The notes beneath the pieces were generated by a model, which did no database searches, was not told where the DNA came from, and saw only the letters and a program-made list of their open reading frames with translations. 64,000 bases of DNA, taken from contig CAYGEJ010000001.1 in NCBI GenBank assembly GCA_964348935.1, forward strand, positions 51,807 through 115,806, in the 5' to 3' direction. Positions 63,815 to 64,000 of the stretch are shown piece by piece. Numbering within the stretch: position 1 is the first letter of the stretch; each line of letters starts with the position of its first letter. The DNA is from an uncultured Candidatus Saccharibacteria bacterium (lineage in GTDB: Bacteria; Patescibacteriota; Doudnabacteria; UBA920). The translations under genes and the position numbers were made by a program.

Positions 63815-64000
63815 TTATTTAGCAGATGGTACTACGTTTACAACTCTGGTTCTCTTTAGGTTGCCGTGGAATTTTTTAACCATTTTGCTTTGAAATTTTA
63901 CTAAACCATCTACTAAAGAGTAGAGGGTAGAGTCTCCACCCTTACTAACATTTTTACCTGGGTGGTATTTGGTTCCATTTTGTCTAATAATAACATCTCC
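63815..64000 (-). CDS. rpmA: 50S ribosomal protein L27 (3' part; gene continues beyond the window)
   Basis: Reverse-complement translation from the window edge: [61 protein letters not shown]. This is the canonical L27 core (RQ-GTK-HPG-NVG-G-D-TL). Confidence 0.7.
   Translation of the reverse strand, partial: GDVIIRQNGTKYHPGKNVSKGGDSTLYSLVDGLVKFQSKMVKKFHGNLKRTRVVNVVPSAK

Overview
This window looks like a contiguous stretch of an AT-rich (about 35% GC), small-genome bacterium. I infer a CPR/Patescibacteria-like host from the gene content: a VirB4-type T4SS ATPase next to a 'four helix bundle protein', comFC, radA, recG, recX and a dCMP-deaminase/dUTPase/thymidylate cluster. Genes are short and tightly packed, and tRNAs carry an encoded CCA. 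Most of the window is ordinary housekeeping.

Housekeeping genes I can support:
- DNA repair and competence: radA, recG, recX, comFC.
- Stress and proteolysis: ECF sigma with an anti-sigma partner, clpC, htpX, lemA, rseP.
- Translation and secretion: secA, gatCAB, miaA, frr, proS, prfB, rplI, partial rpmA.
- Cell shape and division: holB, mreBCD with PBP2, folD, ftsEX.
- Transcription and ribosomal operon: secE, nusG, rplK, rplA.
- Nucleotide metabolism: a dTMP-synthesis cluster (dCMP deaminase, kinase, dut, kinase, tmk, thyA, folA) and pyrG.
- Two tRNA-Ser genes.

The most striking signal is four short islands of higher GC (about 48-55%), each filling an intergenic space exactly and disrupting no gene:
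- 12125-12625, between radA and recG.
- 31225-32910, between gatB and the HTH gene upstream of miaA.
- 50448-51900, between rplA and the dCMP deaminase gene.
- 56272-57330, between folA and prfB.

Unlike the host genes, each island carries near-perfect sigma70 promoters (TTGACA-N16/17-TATAAT), strong AAGGAGG Shine-Dalgarno sites and intrinsic terminators, several of which sit at island edges. They encode small, mostly Cys/His-rich or secreted peptides, including:
- a paralogous pair sharing the motif C-x-C-x-C-H-x(6,7)-C-x(2,3)-H-x-C-C;
- a PEP-CTERM protein;
- a tandem ribbon-helix-helix regulator;
- two promoter, leaderless-peptide, terminator mini-modules.

Other notable points:
- A VirB4-like ATPase is split into two ORFs by an inserted four-helix-bundle gene flanked by CTAG-rich direct repeats.
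- A CIRCE-like inverted repeat overlaps the clpC promoter.
- A truncated GIY-YIG gene lies beside tRNA-Ser.
- Several palindromic or repeat elements sit in intergenic regions.

No rRNA genes, CRISPR arrays or transposases were seen.
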